Shown here: in pieces, positions 1 through 7,955 of the stretch
How positions within the stretch are numbered: the first letter of the stretch is position 1
How the letters are laid out: every line of letters begins with the position of its first letter
Assembly: GCA_964291405.2 (NCBI GenBank)
Contig: OZ219926.1
Span: forward strand, 2,560,001 to 2,624,000
Direction: 5' to 3'
From: Thermodesulfobacteriota bacterium
Lineage (GTDB): Bacteria > Desulfobacterota > Binatia > Bin18
DNA: 64,000 nucleotides
The notes under the pieces: model-generated
What the model saw: the letters and a program-made list of their open reading frames with translations, nothing else
Databases searched by the model: none
Told to the model about the DNA's origin: nothing
Position numbers and translations under genes: made by a program

Positions 1-2
1 CG

Positions 3-275
3 CTAGACCAGCTTGAAAATGCTCTGTCCATCGGCGGAGACGATTTCCAGGAACAAAATCGGCCCGGTTTAACGGAGTCGTTGAGCCGGGCCGTCGCCAC
101 CGGCCACGGCTCGCGCGTCAAGCGGATAATGGAGGAAGCCGGACTGGCCGAGCCAATGGAGCCGCTCTGGCACGCTGTACGGGAAGAATTGGGCGAGGAA
201 CTTGAACCCCTGCCCGCGGAGATCAGGGATACCGTGACCGAAATCCGACAAGAATTTACCGAGAAAAGACGTTGA
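3..275 (+). CDS. C-terminal part of a hypothetical helical protein, truncated by the window start
   Basis: Frame is open from position 3 (LDQLENALSIGG...) to the TGA at 273-275; no start codon with RBS inside the window. Confidence 0.6.
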   Translation, partial: LDQLENALSIGGDDFQEQNRPGLTESLSRAVATGHGSRVKRIMEEAGLAEPMEPLWHAVREELGEELEPLPAEIRDTVTEIRQEFTEKRR

Positions 276-302
276 ATACGATACAATGAACCCCGTGACT
301 CT

Positions 303-692
303 ATGGCAAGTGCAAGGACCAGACCATTTAATATCGCTGACCACCCCGGCAGCCCCGAGGAGATCGCCACGTACTTGGACGCCGTTCTGGAAGAAGGAGA
401 TGACAAGCTCTTGCTGGTGGCGCTGCGCAACGTTGTTAAATCCAAGGGTTTTACCAAGGTCGCCCAAGGGGCTGGTTTACTACGCGAGACCTTGTACCAG
501 TCCTTCTCGGAAGACGGTAATCCCCGGCTCTCCACCTTGAGCGGCGTTCTTGGGCAGTTGGGCATGCGGCTCAGCGTGCTTTACGGAGGAACAGTGTCCC
601 GGATATGGGACATGTTGTCAGCGGCTTCAAGGGCGTTCCGAAGGTCGGATGGGTCGCAGGCGTTCAGCCAACAGCCTCGCCACATGGTCTGA
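303..692 (+). CDS. Putative addiction-module antidote protein (HI1420-like HTH), orphan, with atypical C-terminal tail
   Basis: Family-like motifs PFNIADH..SPEEIATYLDAVLEEGD..LLLVALRNVVKSKG..VAQGAGL.RETLY.SFS..GNPRLSTL..VL..LG.RLSV; no killer gene upstream. Confidence 0.8.
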   Translation: MASARTRPFNIADHPGSPEEIATYLDAVLEEGDDKLLLVALRNVVKSKGFTKVAQGAGLLRETLYQSFSEDGNPRLSTLSGVLGQLGMRLSVLYGGTVSRIWDMLSAASRAFRRSDGSQAFSQQPRHMV

Positions 693-697
693 GATGG

Positions 698-1042
698 TCA
701 GATTTGCTGTTCTTTCTGTTCCCCATTATAGGTCGGGAACAGCGGAACAGATTCTTTTTCAAGGTCTAACCCTTTGGAATCGCTGGACAGTTGCTGTTCC
801 CGGTATGCTGCCGAAACCACTGTGTTTTCGGGACCCTCGGGAACAGCAAAATAGAGGTACGGATCGCCCCTTTTGCCAAAATAGAGGTACGGATCGCCCC
901 TTTTGCCGCGCACGATAATGCGGCCCTTGGTGAAGCTGACCTCACGGCGAATCTGCGCAGCCTCGTCCCAGCCGGCCCGGTGCAGGGCCGGGGTGATGTA
1001 CTTGGCGCAAACATCGCTTTCACTGAGGCGTGTCTTTTCCAT
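698..1042 (-). pseudogene. hsdR: 5' fragment of a Type I restriction enzyme R subunit (EcoAI/EcoEI-like), fused to repeat-derived sequence
   Basis: First ~47 aa (LSESDVCAKYITPALHRAGWD...QIRREVSFTKGRIIVRGK) match the HsdR N-terminus; similarity ends at the 30-bp duplication; no helicase domain or hsdM/hsdS. Confidence 0.75.
847..906. repeat. Perfect 30-bp direct tandem duplication
   Basis: CAAAATAGAGGTACGGATCGCCCCTTTTGC at 847-876 and 877-906. Confidence 0.95.
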
Positions 1043-1143
1043 GGCGAGCTTCCTTCATTCATCACATCCCACCCTCGTGCGCTAGCGCGCCGCCTCCACA
1101 TCCCTTGACCCTTGAGGAGAGTCTGCGCAACGGGCGTGTTCGA

Positions 1144-1182
1144 TTGACATGTGGTAGCATGCAAGTAGGTTTGTCACATGTC
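1144..1182 (+). promoter_or_regulatory. Sigma70-like promoter with overlapping inverted-repeat operator for the RHH antitoxin
   Basis: TTGACA (1144-1149)-N16-TAGGTT (1166-1171); inverted repeat GACATGTG (1146-1153)/CACATGTC (1175-1182) covers the -35 box and the ATG. Confidence 0.55.
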
Positions 1183-1408
1183 GAAAATGATTCAGTTGCG
1201 AAACGTTCCCGATGCACTGCATAGGGTCCTCAAGTCCAGGGCTGCGCTGGCTGGGAAGTCGCTGTCTGACTATCTCATTGCGGAGATGCAGCGCCACGCC
1301 GAATATCCGACCGTAGAAGAGCTCCGCCAGCGCCTCCACGCCCGCACCCCGGTGCGTCCCACCCTTTCACCGGCCCACATAGTCCGGGAAGAACGGGACG
1401 GCCGGTGA
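1178..1408 (+). CDS. FitA-like ribbon-helix-helix antitoxin
   Basis: MIQLRNVPDALHRVLKSRAALAGKSLSDYL is a FitA/RHH pattern; C-terminus IVREERDGR is typical; followed by a 4-codon toxin-like stub. Confidence 0.85.
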   Translation: MSKMIQLRNVPDALHRVLKSRAALAGKSLSDYLIAEMQRHAEYPTVEELRQRLHARTPVRPTLSPAHIVREERDGR

Positions 1409-1415
1409 TTGTTGA

Positions 1416-1766
1416 TTAGGCCAATGGAATAAACAGCGACTTTCTGGGCCTGCCGTTGACCGCCCGGCTGATATGTCCCTGACCGGTGGTATCTTCGGCC
1501 AGCAGAATCTCGCCCGTGCCCAGAATGCGCTTCGTGCCGTCGCCAGTCTCGATCTCGACCTCCCCCTCAAGCATGACCACATACTGCCGACGCGGCGCGT
1601 TGTGAAAATCGAGGTCATAGTCACCGCCCGTTTCTCGAAAGATCACGCCGGTTGCCGGAATGAGCTCGGAGAGCCGCCCGACGACATTCCCGTCTTTGAG
1701 CGGAATCTCGACATCCTCAAAATGCGACTGGTTGTCCGGACCCGTATAGATGCGGGTGACTTTCAT
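1416..1766 (-). CDS. Cupin-like protein
   Basis: MKVTRIYTGPDNQSHFED...FHNAPRRQYVVMLEGEVEIETGDG...AEDTTGQGHISR; RBS AAGGGAGG before the ATG at 1766. Confidence 0.8.
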   Translation of the reverse strand: MKVTRIYTGPDNQSHFEDVEIPLKDGNVVGRLSELIPATGVIFRETGGDYDLDFHNAPRRQYVVMLEGEVEIETGDGTKRILGTGEILLAEDTTGQGHISRAVNGRPRKSLFIPLA

Positions 1767-1940
1767 GCTGGGCCTCCCTTCCACAGGTTCTGAACTGTAT
1801 GATACCGGCCCCTTGAGTGTCAAATCATCCCGGATTTTCCGGTCCTTTTTCAGTCAGCTTACCTGGACAGTGCCACCACCCATGACTTATAGTTGGGCGG
1901 CTGTAATGAGAAGAGACCAGCGAAGATAGAGGAGACTCCT

Positions 1941-3023
1941 ATGCGCGCCGTAGTGATGCTGAACCATGAACTGACCGTTGAAGATATTTCCGTTCCAGAG
2001 CCCGGACCGGGCGAGGTCTTGGTCAAAACCCTGGCCTGTGGGATTTGCGGCTCGGACCTCCATGCGCTGAAGCATACGGAGAAGCTGGTCGAAGTCTCAG
2101 AGCGCTCCAACGGCGTGTTTAATATGGACCTCAGCCGGGGCATCGTCATGGGTCATGAGTTCTGTTTCGAGGTGGTTGACCACGGGCCGAACACGGACCG
2201 CACTCTCAAAGCCGGCACCCGCGCGGTGTCCATGCCGGTTCTCATTCGACCGACCGGTGTCGAGACGGTCGGCTATTCAAATGACAACCCAGGTGGCTAC
2301 GGGGAGTATATGCGCCTGAGTGAAAAGCTGTTGATTGAAGTCCCGAATGGCCTGCCGACACAGAAAGCTGCCCTGACCGAACCCATGGCAGTCGGCCTGC
2401 ATGCGGTTGAAATGGCGCGCCTGACAACAGACGACGTGCCGCTGGTTATCGGCTGTGGGCCGGTCGGTCTGGCTGTGGTCGCGTCGCTACGCATGAAAGG
2501 GGTGCAGCCCATTATCGCCGCGGATTTCTCCTCCCGCCGCCGCCAGCTTGCGCAGGCCGTGGGCGCGGATATCGTCATCGACCCCGCCGAGCAGTCGCCG
2601 TATACCAGTTGGCAGGAGGCTGCGGTCTGGGCCGACCCGAGCACGGCTCCGCCCCAGCCGCCCTGGGCTTCGGGTCCGCCGCTGCGGCCGGCCGTCATGT
2701 TTGAATGCGTCGGTGTCCCTGGGGTCATTGATCAGATTATGGCTGCGGCCCCACAGGGCACCCGGATTGTGGTTGTGGGCGTGTGTATGGAAAAGGACAG
2801 CTTTGAACCCATGTTCGGGATCAACAAAGAGTTGAATCTTCAATTCGTCCTGGGCTATAGCGGGGAAGAATATGCGTCCACCCTGCATCATATTGCAGAA
2901 GGCCAGATTATGACCGACCCATTAATTACGGGGACCGTAGGGATAGAGGGAGTTGCCCAGGCATTCAAAGACCTGCACTCGCCTGAGCAGCACGCGAAAA
3001 TTATCGTGGAACCCTGGCACTAA
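1941..3023 (+). CDS. Zinc-binding (MDR) dehydrogenase
   Basis: CGICGSDLH, GHEF and GCGPVG motifs; RBS GAGGAG before the ATG at 1941. Confidence 0.92.
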   Translation: MRAVVMLNHELTVEDISVPEPGPGEVLVKTLACGICGSDLHALKHTEKLVEVSERSNGVFNMDLSRGIVMGHEFCFEVVDHGPNTDRTLKAGTRAVSMPVLIRPTGVETVGYSNDNPGGYGEYMRLSEKLLIEVPNGLPTQKAALTEPMAVGLHAVEMARLTTDDVPLVIGCGPVGLAVVASLRMKGVQPIIAADFSSRRRQLAQAVGADIVIDPAEQSPYTSWQEAAVWADPSTAPPQPPWASGPPLRPAVMFECVGVPGVIDQIMAAAPQGTRIVVVGVCMEKDSFEPMFGINKELNLQFVLGYSGEEYASTLHHIAEGQIMTDPLITGTVGIEGVAQAFKDLHSPEQHAKIIVEPWH

Positions 3024-3076
3024 AGAGTGAACGTGTCCTCCAATAAACATGCAAAGGCTGGACACGTTTACTCTTT
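3022..3076 (+). repeat. Dispersed 54-55 bp palindromic element, copy 1
   Basis: AAAGAGTGAACGTGTCC-N21-GGACACGTTTACTCTTT; 17-bp arms with one G/T mismatch. Confidence 0.85.
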
Positions 3077-3092
3077 CCAACAGGAGGACAGT

Positions 3093-3731
3093 ATGGCTGA
3101 TATACAGAATTGGACCCTCCGGGGCGACTGGTTTGATGTGTGCAGTTGCGATATCGCCTGTCCGTGCGAATTCGCCCAGCCACCGACAAACAATCACTGC
3201 GAGGGCGTTCTGGCCTACCATGTCCGAGAGGGGATGTATGGCTCGACCCGTCTCGATGGACTGAATGTGATGGCCGTGGCCAATTTTAGCGGCAATATCT
3301 GGGCTGGTGAGGCCAAAATCTCACTGGGGCTGTTTATTGACGAACAGGCCGATACGCAGCAGCGTGAGGCGCTTCAACTCATCTTTTCCGGGCAGGCCGG
3401 CGGATTTATGGCCGGGTTTGCGCGCTCGATTGGTGAGGTGCGCGGGATTGAGTTTGTTCCGATCACTTTTGATATTGCCGATGACCTGGCCTTTTGGAAA
3501 GCGGAGATTCCCGACCGCGTCACGGCCTCTGCCGAAGCGTTGACCGGACCAACCACCCCGAAAGGGAAACGGGTGCAGTTGCTGAATCCGCCCGGCTCCG
3601 AAGTGGGGCCTGGCCAGGTCGCGACCTGGGGCAAAACGGTTGACAATCGGGTCACCGCCTACGGCTTTGAGTGGGATTGGGCCGGCAAATCAAGCAAGCA
3701 TATCCCTTTTGACTGGAGTGGACCTGCGTAG
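3093..3731 (+). CDS. DUF1326-family putative metal-binding protein
   Basis: WTLRGDWFDVCSCDIACPCEF...HCEG Cys pattern; RBS CAGGAGG before the ATG at 3093. Confidence 0.85.
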   Translation: MADIQNWTLRGDWFDVCSCDIACPCEFAQPPTNNHCEGVLAYHVREGMYGSTRLDGLNVMAVANFSGNIWAGEAKISLGLFIDEQADTQQREALQLIFSGQAGGFMAGFARSIGEVRGIEFVPITFDIADDLAFWKAEIPDRVTASAEALTGPTTPKGKRVQLLNPPGSEVGPGQVATWGKTVDNRVTAYGFEWDWAGKSSKHIPFDWSGPA

Positions 3732-3755
3732 GGGCAATTCATGAATTGCCCCTAC
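3728..3755. repeat. GTAG-type REP palindrome
   Basis: Perfect 28-bp palindrome GTAGGGGCAATTCATGAATTGCCCCTAC overlapping the DUF1326 stop codon. Confidence 0.85.
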
Positions 3756-3886
3756 TGAATGCAAAATGGCGGGAGAAGACTCGTGCAAGGGGCTCACGAG
3801 CTTCCCCCGCCACTGGAAGGAGGAAGAAAGAAGGAAAGCTATTACTCTGACGTATCAACACCTGTCAGTATTCAACCCGCCCTCAA

Positions 3887-4594
3887 CTATTCGGATAAAT
3901 ATTCCACTTTCTCTAAAAAAGCCTTGGCCCCCCCGGATGTTCCTTTGGTATTCATCTGAAAACCGAATCGGCTGATTGGGGGAACAACGGTCTGACCAAA
4001 CTGTGCGCGGAAGCTCTGGTCCAAATCGAATTCCGTCACCACCCGCTCCCCTACCGGCACCCCGCAGGGTGTACAGAAATAGCGTCCGCCGGTTTTATAG
4101 TAATTCCCGGTATAGGCCCGATTTCCCTGCTCTTTTTCTCCTAAGAAGAGACCGATGAAGTATGGAGCGTTGGGGATGAAGAGCGAGCCGCTCTTTATTT
4201 TCTTTGTCCCGAACGTGGTCATCACCGCAATAGGGACCGCCGTTATCCCCTGGCTCCAATCCGCCCCGCGCGGATAGCGCTCGACCCCCCAATGGATACG
4301 AATCCGCTTGACCTGAGACATATGCAGGGGCAACTCGAACAGGCCCGCCTTTCGTCGGGAGGTGTGTAAGACGAGGCGATTATCTTTGAAGTGCGGCTGT
4401 AAATCGTCCGCGTCAAGGCGAAAGGTAAATCCCTGCTGCTTCAACCATTCCTCTGCCGGACCATCCGGCTGGCCGGAGAAGTCAATCGTATGCAGCGGGG
4501 CCGCCGTGGCTCCGAAGGAGCCACACCACAACAGACAAAAACATAAAATCCCGAGAATCCATACTTTCCAACGCTGAAGGCTCCGTGTTCGCAT
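3887..4594 (-). CDS. Hypothetical exported protein
   Basis: Signal-peptide-like N-terminus (basic, hydrophobic, ATA-A); RBS AAGGGGG; 235-aa ORF. Confidence 0.7.
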   Translation of the reverse strand: MRTRSLQRWKVWILGILCFCLLWCGSFGATAAPLHTIDFSGQPDGPAEEWLKQQGFTFRLDADDLQPHFKDNRLVLHTSRRKAGLFELPLHMSQVKRIRIHWGVERYPRGADWSQGITAVPIAVMTTFGTKKIKSGSLFIPNAPYFIGLFLGEKEQGNRAYTGNYYKTGGRYFCTPCGVPVGERVVTEFDLDQSFRAQFGQTVVPPISRFGFQMNTKGTSGGAKAFLEKVEYLSE

Positions 4595-4777
4595 ATTCCC
4601 CCTTACAAGGCAGAGCCGTCTATCTTGACGAGGCGTTGAGCCGTGCGCAAGGTCGCCCTCCAGACCGATTGCCCACCTCTACTTGCCGACTTGACGCTGT
4701 CCACATTCCGGTCGAGAATAACCCGCACCGTGTCACAAAAGACTCCAACCCACGTACCGATAGAGAGGAGAACACAT

Positions 4778-5770
4778 ATGGCTCAAATCGGACTCGCCTT
4801 GGCCGGTGGTATGTCGCCCACCGATGTTGTTGACTGTGTCAAATATGCGGAAGAGCAGAGCTATGCTTCAGCTTGGTTTGCAGAAGGCCATGGCGGAGAT
4901 CAATTCTCTGTTTTGACTGCCTGTGCTCTCGCAACCCAGCGCATCCGGCTTGGCACGAGTATCAGTAGTATTTTCGTCCGCAGCGTGCCGACCATTGCCA
5001 TGGCGGCCGCGTGCGTCGATCATTACTCCCAGCAGCGCTTTATTTTGGGGCTGGGCTCCAGCCATAAGGTGCAGGTCGAGCCGGAACACGGCATCCCGTA
5101 CGGGCAGCCGGTCCAGCGCATGCGGGAAACGGTCGAGATTATCCGCACGCTGCTGCGTGAGGGGGCGGTATCCTATCAGGGCGAGGTGGTGACCATTGAG
5201 CAGTTTGATCTCTGGTTTCAGCCCGCCCGTCCAGAAATTCCAATCTATATCTCAGCCGTCTTTCCGCAGATGCTCCAAGCCTGCGGTGAACTCGCCCAGG
5301 GCACCATTCTGGTGTGGAGTGCCCCGGAGGCGGGCAAGCTGGCCGCTGAAAACATCGCGATCGGTGCCCAGCGAGCCGGACGCCAGGCCGAAGACGTTGA
5401 TATTGTCTCGCTTCTCCCGATGAGCGTGGCCCAGGACCACCAAGAAGCCCTGGGGCGTATTCGACCCCTGGTCGCTTTCTACGCCGGATTCTTTCCGCGC
5501 TATAATCGTGTCATGGCCGAGCAGGGGTTTCCCGAGGAAGCCCAGGCCATTCGAGAGGCATGGCAGCAGGGGGACCGGCAAAAGGCGATCCAACTGGTTC
5601 CCGATCCGATGATAGAAACGGTCAGTGTCGTGGGGACGCCGACCGAATGCCGGGAGCGGGTCGAAGCCTATCGTCGCTCAGGCATCGTGCATCCGGTTAT
5701 TTTCCCTGTGAGCGAAGGCCCCAGCGGGAAACAGCACGTGCTGGATGCTGTTAGGGCATGTGCGCCCTAA
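4778..5770 (+). CDS. LLM-class flavin/F420-dependent oxidoreductase
   Basis: AWFAEGHG, TQRIRLGTSI, RFILGLGSSH, VVGTPTEC motifs; RBS GAGGAG before the ATG at 4778. Confidence 0.9.
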   Translation: MAQIGLALAGGMSPTDVVDCVKYAEEQSYASAWFAEGHGGDQFSVLTACALATQRIRLGTSISSIFVRSVPTIAMAAACVDHYSQQRFILGLGSSHKVQVEPEHGIPYGQPVQRMRETVEIIRTLLREGAVSYQGEVVTIEQFDLWFQPARPEIPIYISAVFPQMLQACGELAQGTILVWSAPEAGKLAAENIAIGAQRAGRQAEDVDIVSLLPMSVAQDHQEALGRIRPLVAFYAGFFPRYNRVMAEQGFPEEAQAIREAWQQGDRQKAIQLVPDPMIETVSVVGTPTECRERVEAYRRSGIVHPVIFPVSEGPSGKQHVLDAVRACAP

Positions 5771-5792
5771 GTTGTTGACGAATACGTAGGGC

Positions 5793-6926
5793 TCACCCTT
5801 TGTCAATCAGAAACAGAAATTCTCGGTTCGGGCATTCTGCATCGCGCAACCATTCGTTCGTCCACTTCATTCCCGCCATAACATTGCGCTTGTAGTCAAC
5901 CTCGATAACATCAATGACTTCGCCCCTGAGAGATAAAATGTTGTGTAATTCGTCTGCCGTTGCCCGGCCGCCCGAACTGTAGGAGAGTATAATCCACCGT
6001 GCCGTCGTCGATTGTATTAGGCGTTCAATTGCCTCAACCGCAATGAATCGGCCCGTGCGAGGGTTTCTCTTGAATTCCTCAAATACTGATCCAGAGAGGG
6101 TGTCGGACGTGTCTCTTCTTCTCTTTGCCTTACCGAATAATTCCGGGAAGTCATTGAGACAGATAGTCGTCCATAAATGATAATAGGACGCATACCGAAC
6201 GCGTGACGGAGGCATCTTTTCGTTATTTGATCCATAGGGAGGATCAAAATAGGCAAGATCAACGTTGCAATTGGCAATGTCAAATATATCGCCACGATGA
6301 ATGTCGTGCTTACATTCGTAAGAAACCAAATCGGGCACTTCAAGATACAAATCGTGGAACGATCGTGGAGACCATTTCTGGAGATAGGAGACAAAATGAC
6401 CAAGCGTACTATCGACACGATCTAACCCTAGAATGAGACTCGTCAGCGCCACTGCCCTCTCAATCGGGGACAAAGAAAGACGGTCAATTTCTTGACGAAT
6501 TCCGTCCAATTTTCGCGTATTATGAATCTGCCAGGGTCTTTTCAGGCCGTCACTCTGAACAGAACTGCCGGCATTGGACTCGCCGCCATAGTGCTCGGTA
6601 AACCAGCCGTCTCTTGGCTGAACCTTGTTCAGACTGCGAATCAGTGTCGAATAACCTTCCTTTGGCCGGTCGCTGAGCAAATAGCATTGCCCGAAAACCT
6701 CTGACCATACCGCAATATCATTGCTGACAACCCGATACCCTGACTGGGCGAGTGCTTGGGATACACGAGTTGATCCTGAGAAGCCGTCAAGGACGCTCTT
6801 CGCCTCGGTTCGATGGGCCAAGTCGAGAATGTAGGAAAGCAGCTTCAATTTAGAGCCGGCATATTTTATGCCCTCTGTGGTCGGCCTATCGACTACGATG
6901 TCACTGAACAGCGATAAATTGTTCAT
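5793..6926 (-). CDS. DNA adenine (m6A) methyltransferase, D12/alpha class
   Basis: KYAGSK motif X, LDGFSGS motif I, YFDPPY motif IV, ILSYSS and NREFLF motifs. Confidence 0.92.
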   Translation of the reverse strand: MNNLSLFSDIVVDRPTTEGIKYAGSKLKLLSYILDLAHRTEAKSVLDGFSGSTRVSQALAQSGYRVVSNDIAVWSEVFGQCYLLSDRPKEGYSTLIRSLNKVQPRDGWFTEHYGGESNAGSSVQSDGLKRPWQIHNTRKLDGIRQEIDRLSLSPIERAVALTSLILGLDRVDSTLGHFVSYLQKWSPRSFHDLYLEVPDLVSYECKHDIHRGDIFDIANCNVDLAYFDPPYGSNNEKMPPSRVRYASYYHLWTTICLNDFPELFGKAKRRRDTSDTLSGSVFEEFKRNPRTGRFIAVEAIERLIQSTTARWIILSYSSGGRATADELHNILSLRGEVIDVIEVDYKRNVMAGMKWTNEWLRDAECPNREFLFLIDKG

Positions 6927-7774
6927 CGAACAAGACCCGCACGTTCTTTCAATAGGAGAATATCCTCTTTGATCTTCCCGAGTGCCGTTTCATGACCATT
7001 TATGGACGAGACAAGCGCATGTGAGAAAAGTTGTACCAAAACGTTATTGTGCGAATAGTTAATCCAGCCGTTAGTAATGCTATCAAAAAATTTGAGACCA
7101 TTTTTAGTGTGCGTCCAAAGACCCCGTTGAAGTGCGTTTGCAGCAGCATCGCCATAACGCACCTCACAGATATAATCGCCTTCGGCGTCATGAAATCGAT
7201 AGACTGGATGCTTTCTCCCTCTTCCTACTCCTACATATCTAATCTGGGTGGTCGCACTACGTGCTTTGGCATAATCGAAAACCAAGATGTTACAGCGTTT
7301 ACTTTTTTCATCGTAAATTAACGGCAAGACATTGATATTGCTAAAGTCTGAAAAGGCAGGATCATTCATAATCTCCTGGACACGACCACCCTCAATGATG
7401 CCTCTGTTTTCTTTTTCAAGACGAGGAAACATGGAGTTATTCTTGTCGGTGGAGAGTTGCAGAGGCCCATCGCCATACGCTTTAAGGCTGACCGGAAATT
7501 CCTTTTTCGTAATCTCGTTAATTATCTTGATGTCTTCCTCTTGAGATTTAGCTCGAAACAAATCTTTTCCAACGTGTATGGAACGAAAATCATACATGTA
7601 CTGGTTAATAAATTCAGAGATCGCAATTTCGGCAAGATCGCCATGCGTTTTGTTGCCAATGAGCCGCATGGCCAATATATTGCTCAGTGTTGTGGTAATG
7701 AGTTCCGGTTGTTTGCTGACCAGAAGTTTGAGACGCGTTGTAAAGTCCTGGTATGCGGCGGCTGTGTCTGTCAC
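6923..7774 (-). CDS. Putative Type II restriction endonuclease (PD-(D/E)xK-like)
   Basis: Stop overlaps the MTase start (ATGA); A+T-rich; GDLAEIAI helix, EEDI and VSLK resemble the restriction catalytic triad. Confidence 0.7.
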   Translation of the reverse strand: MTDTAAAYQDFTTRLKLLVSKQPELITTTLSNILAMRLIGNKTHGDLAEIAISEFINQYMYDFRSIHVGKDLFRAKSQEEDIKIINEITKKEFPVSLKAYGDGPLQLSTDKNNSMFPRLEKENRGIIEGGRVQEIMNDPAFSDFSNINVLPLIYDEKSKRCNILVFDYAKARSATTQIRYVGVGRGRKHPVYRFHDAEGDYICEVRYGDAAANALQRGLWTHTKNGLKFFDSITNGWINYSHNNVLVQLFSHALVSSINGHETALGKIKEDILLLKERAGLVR

Positions 7775-7955
7775 AAGATTATCTCCACTGGGGCTATTTT
7801 TATTTTAAGCCGCTAACATACCCTGTCTCTTTTGGGTCTGCTACTCACCCAGAATAACTCTACATCATGACAAAAACGCAGCCTGATATAAAAACCGTTC
7901 ACGAGCGAATGGCGGGTAAATACGGACGGCTTTTACTGAGAGGAAAGAAATAACG

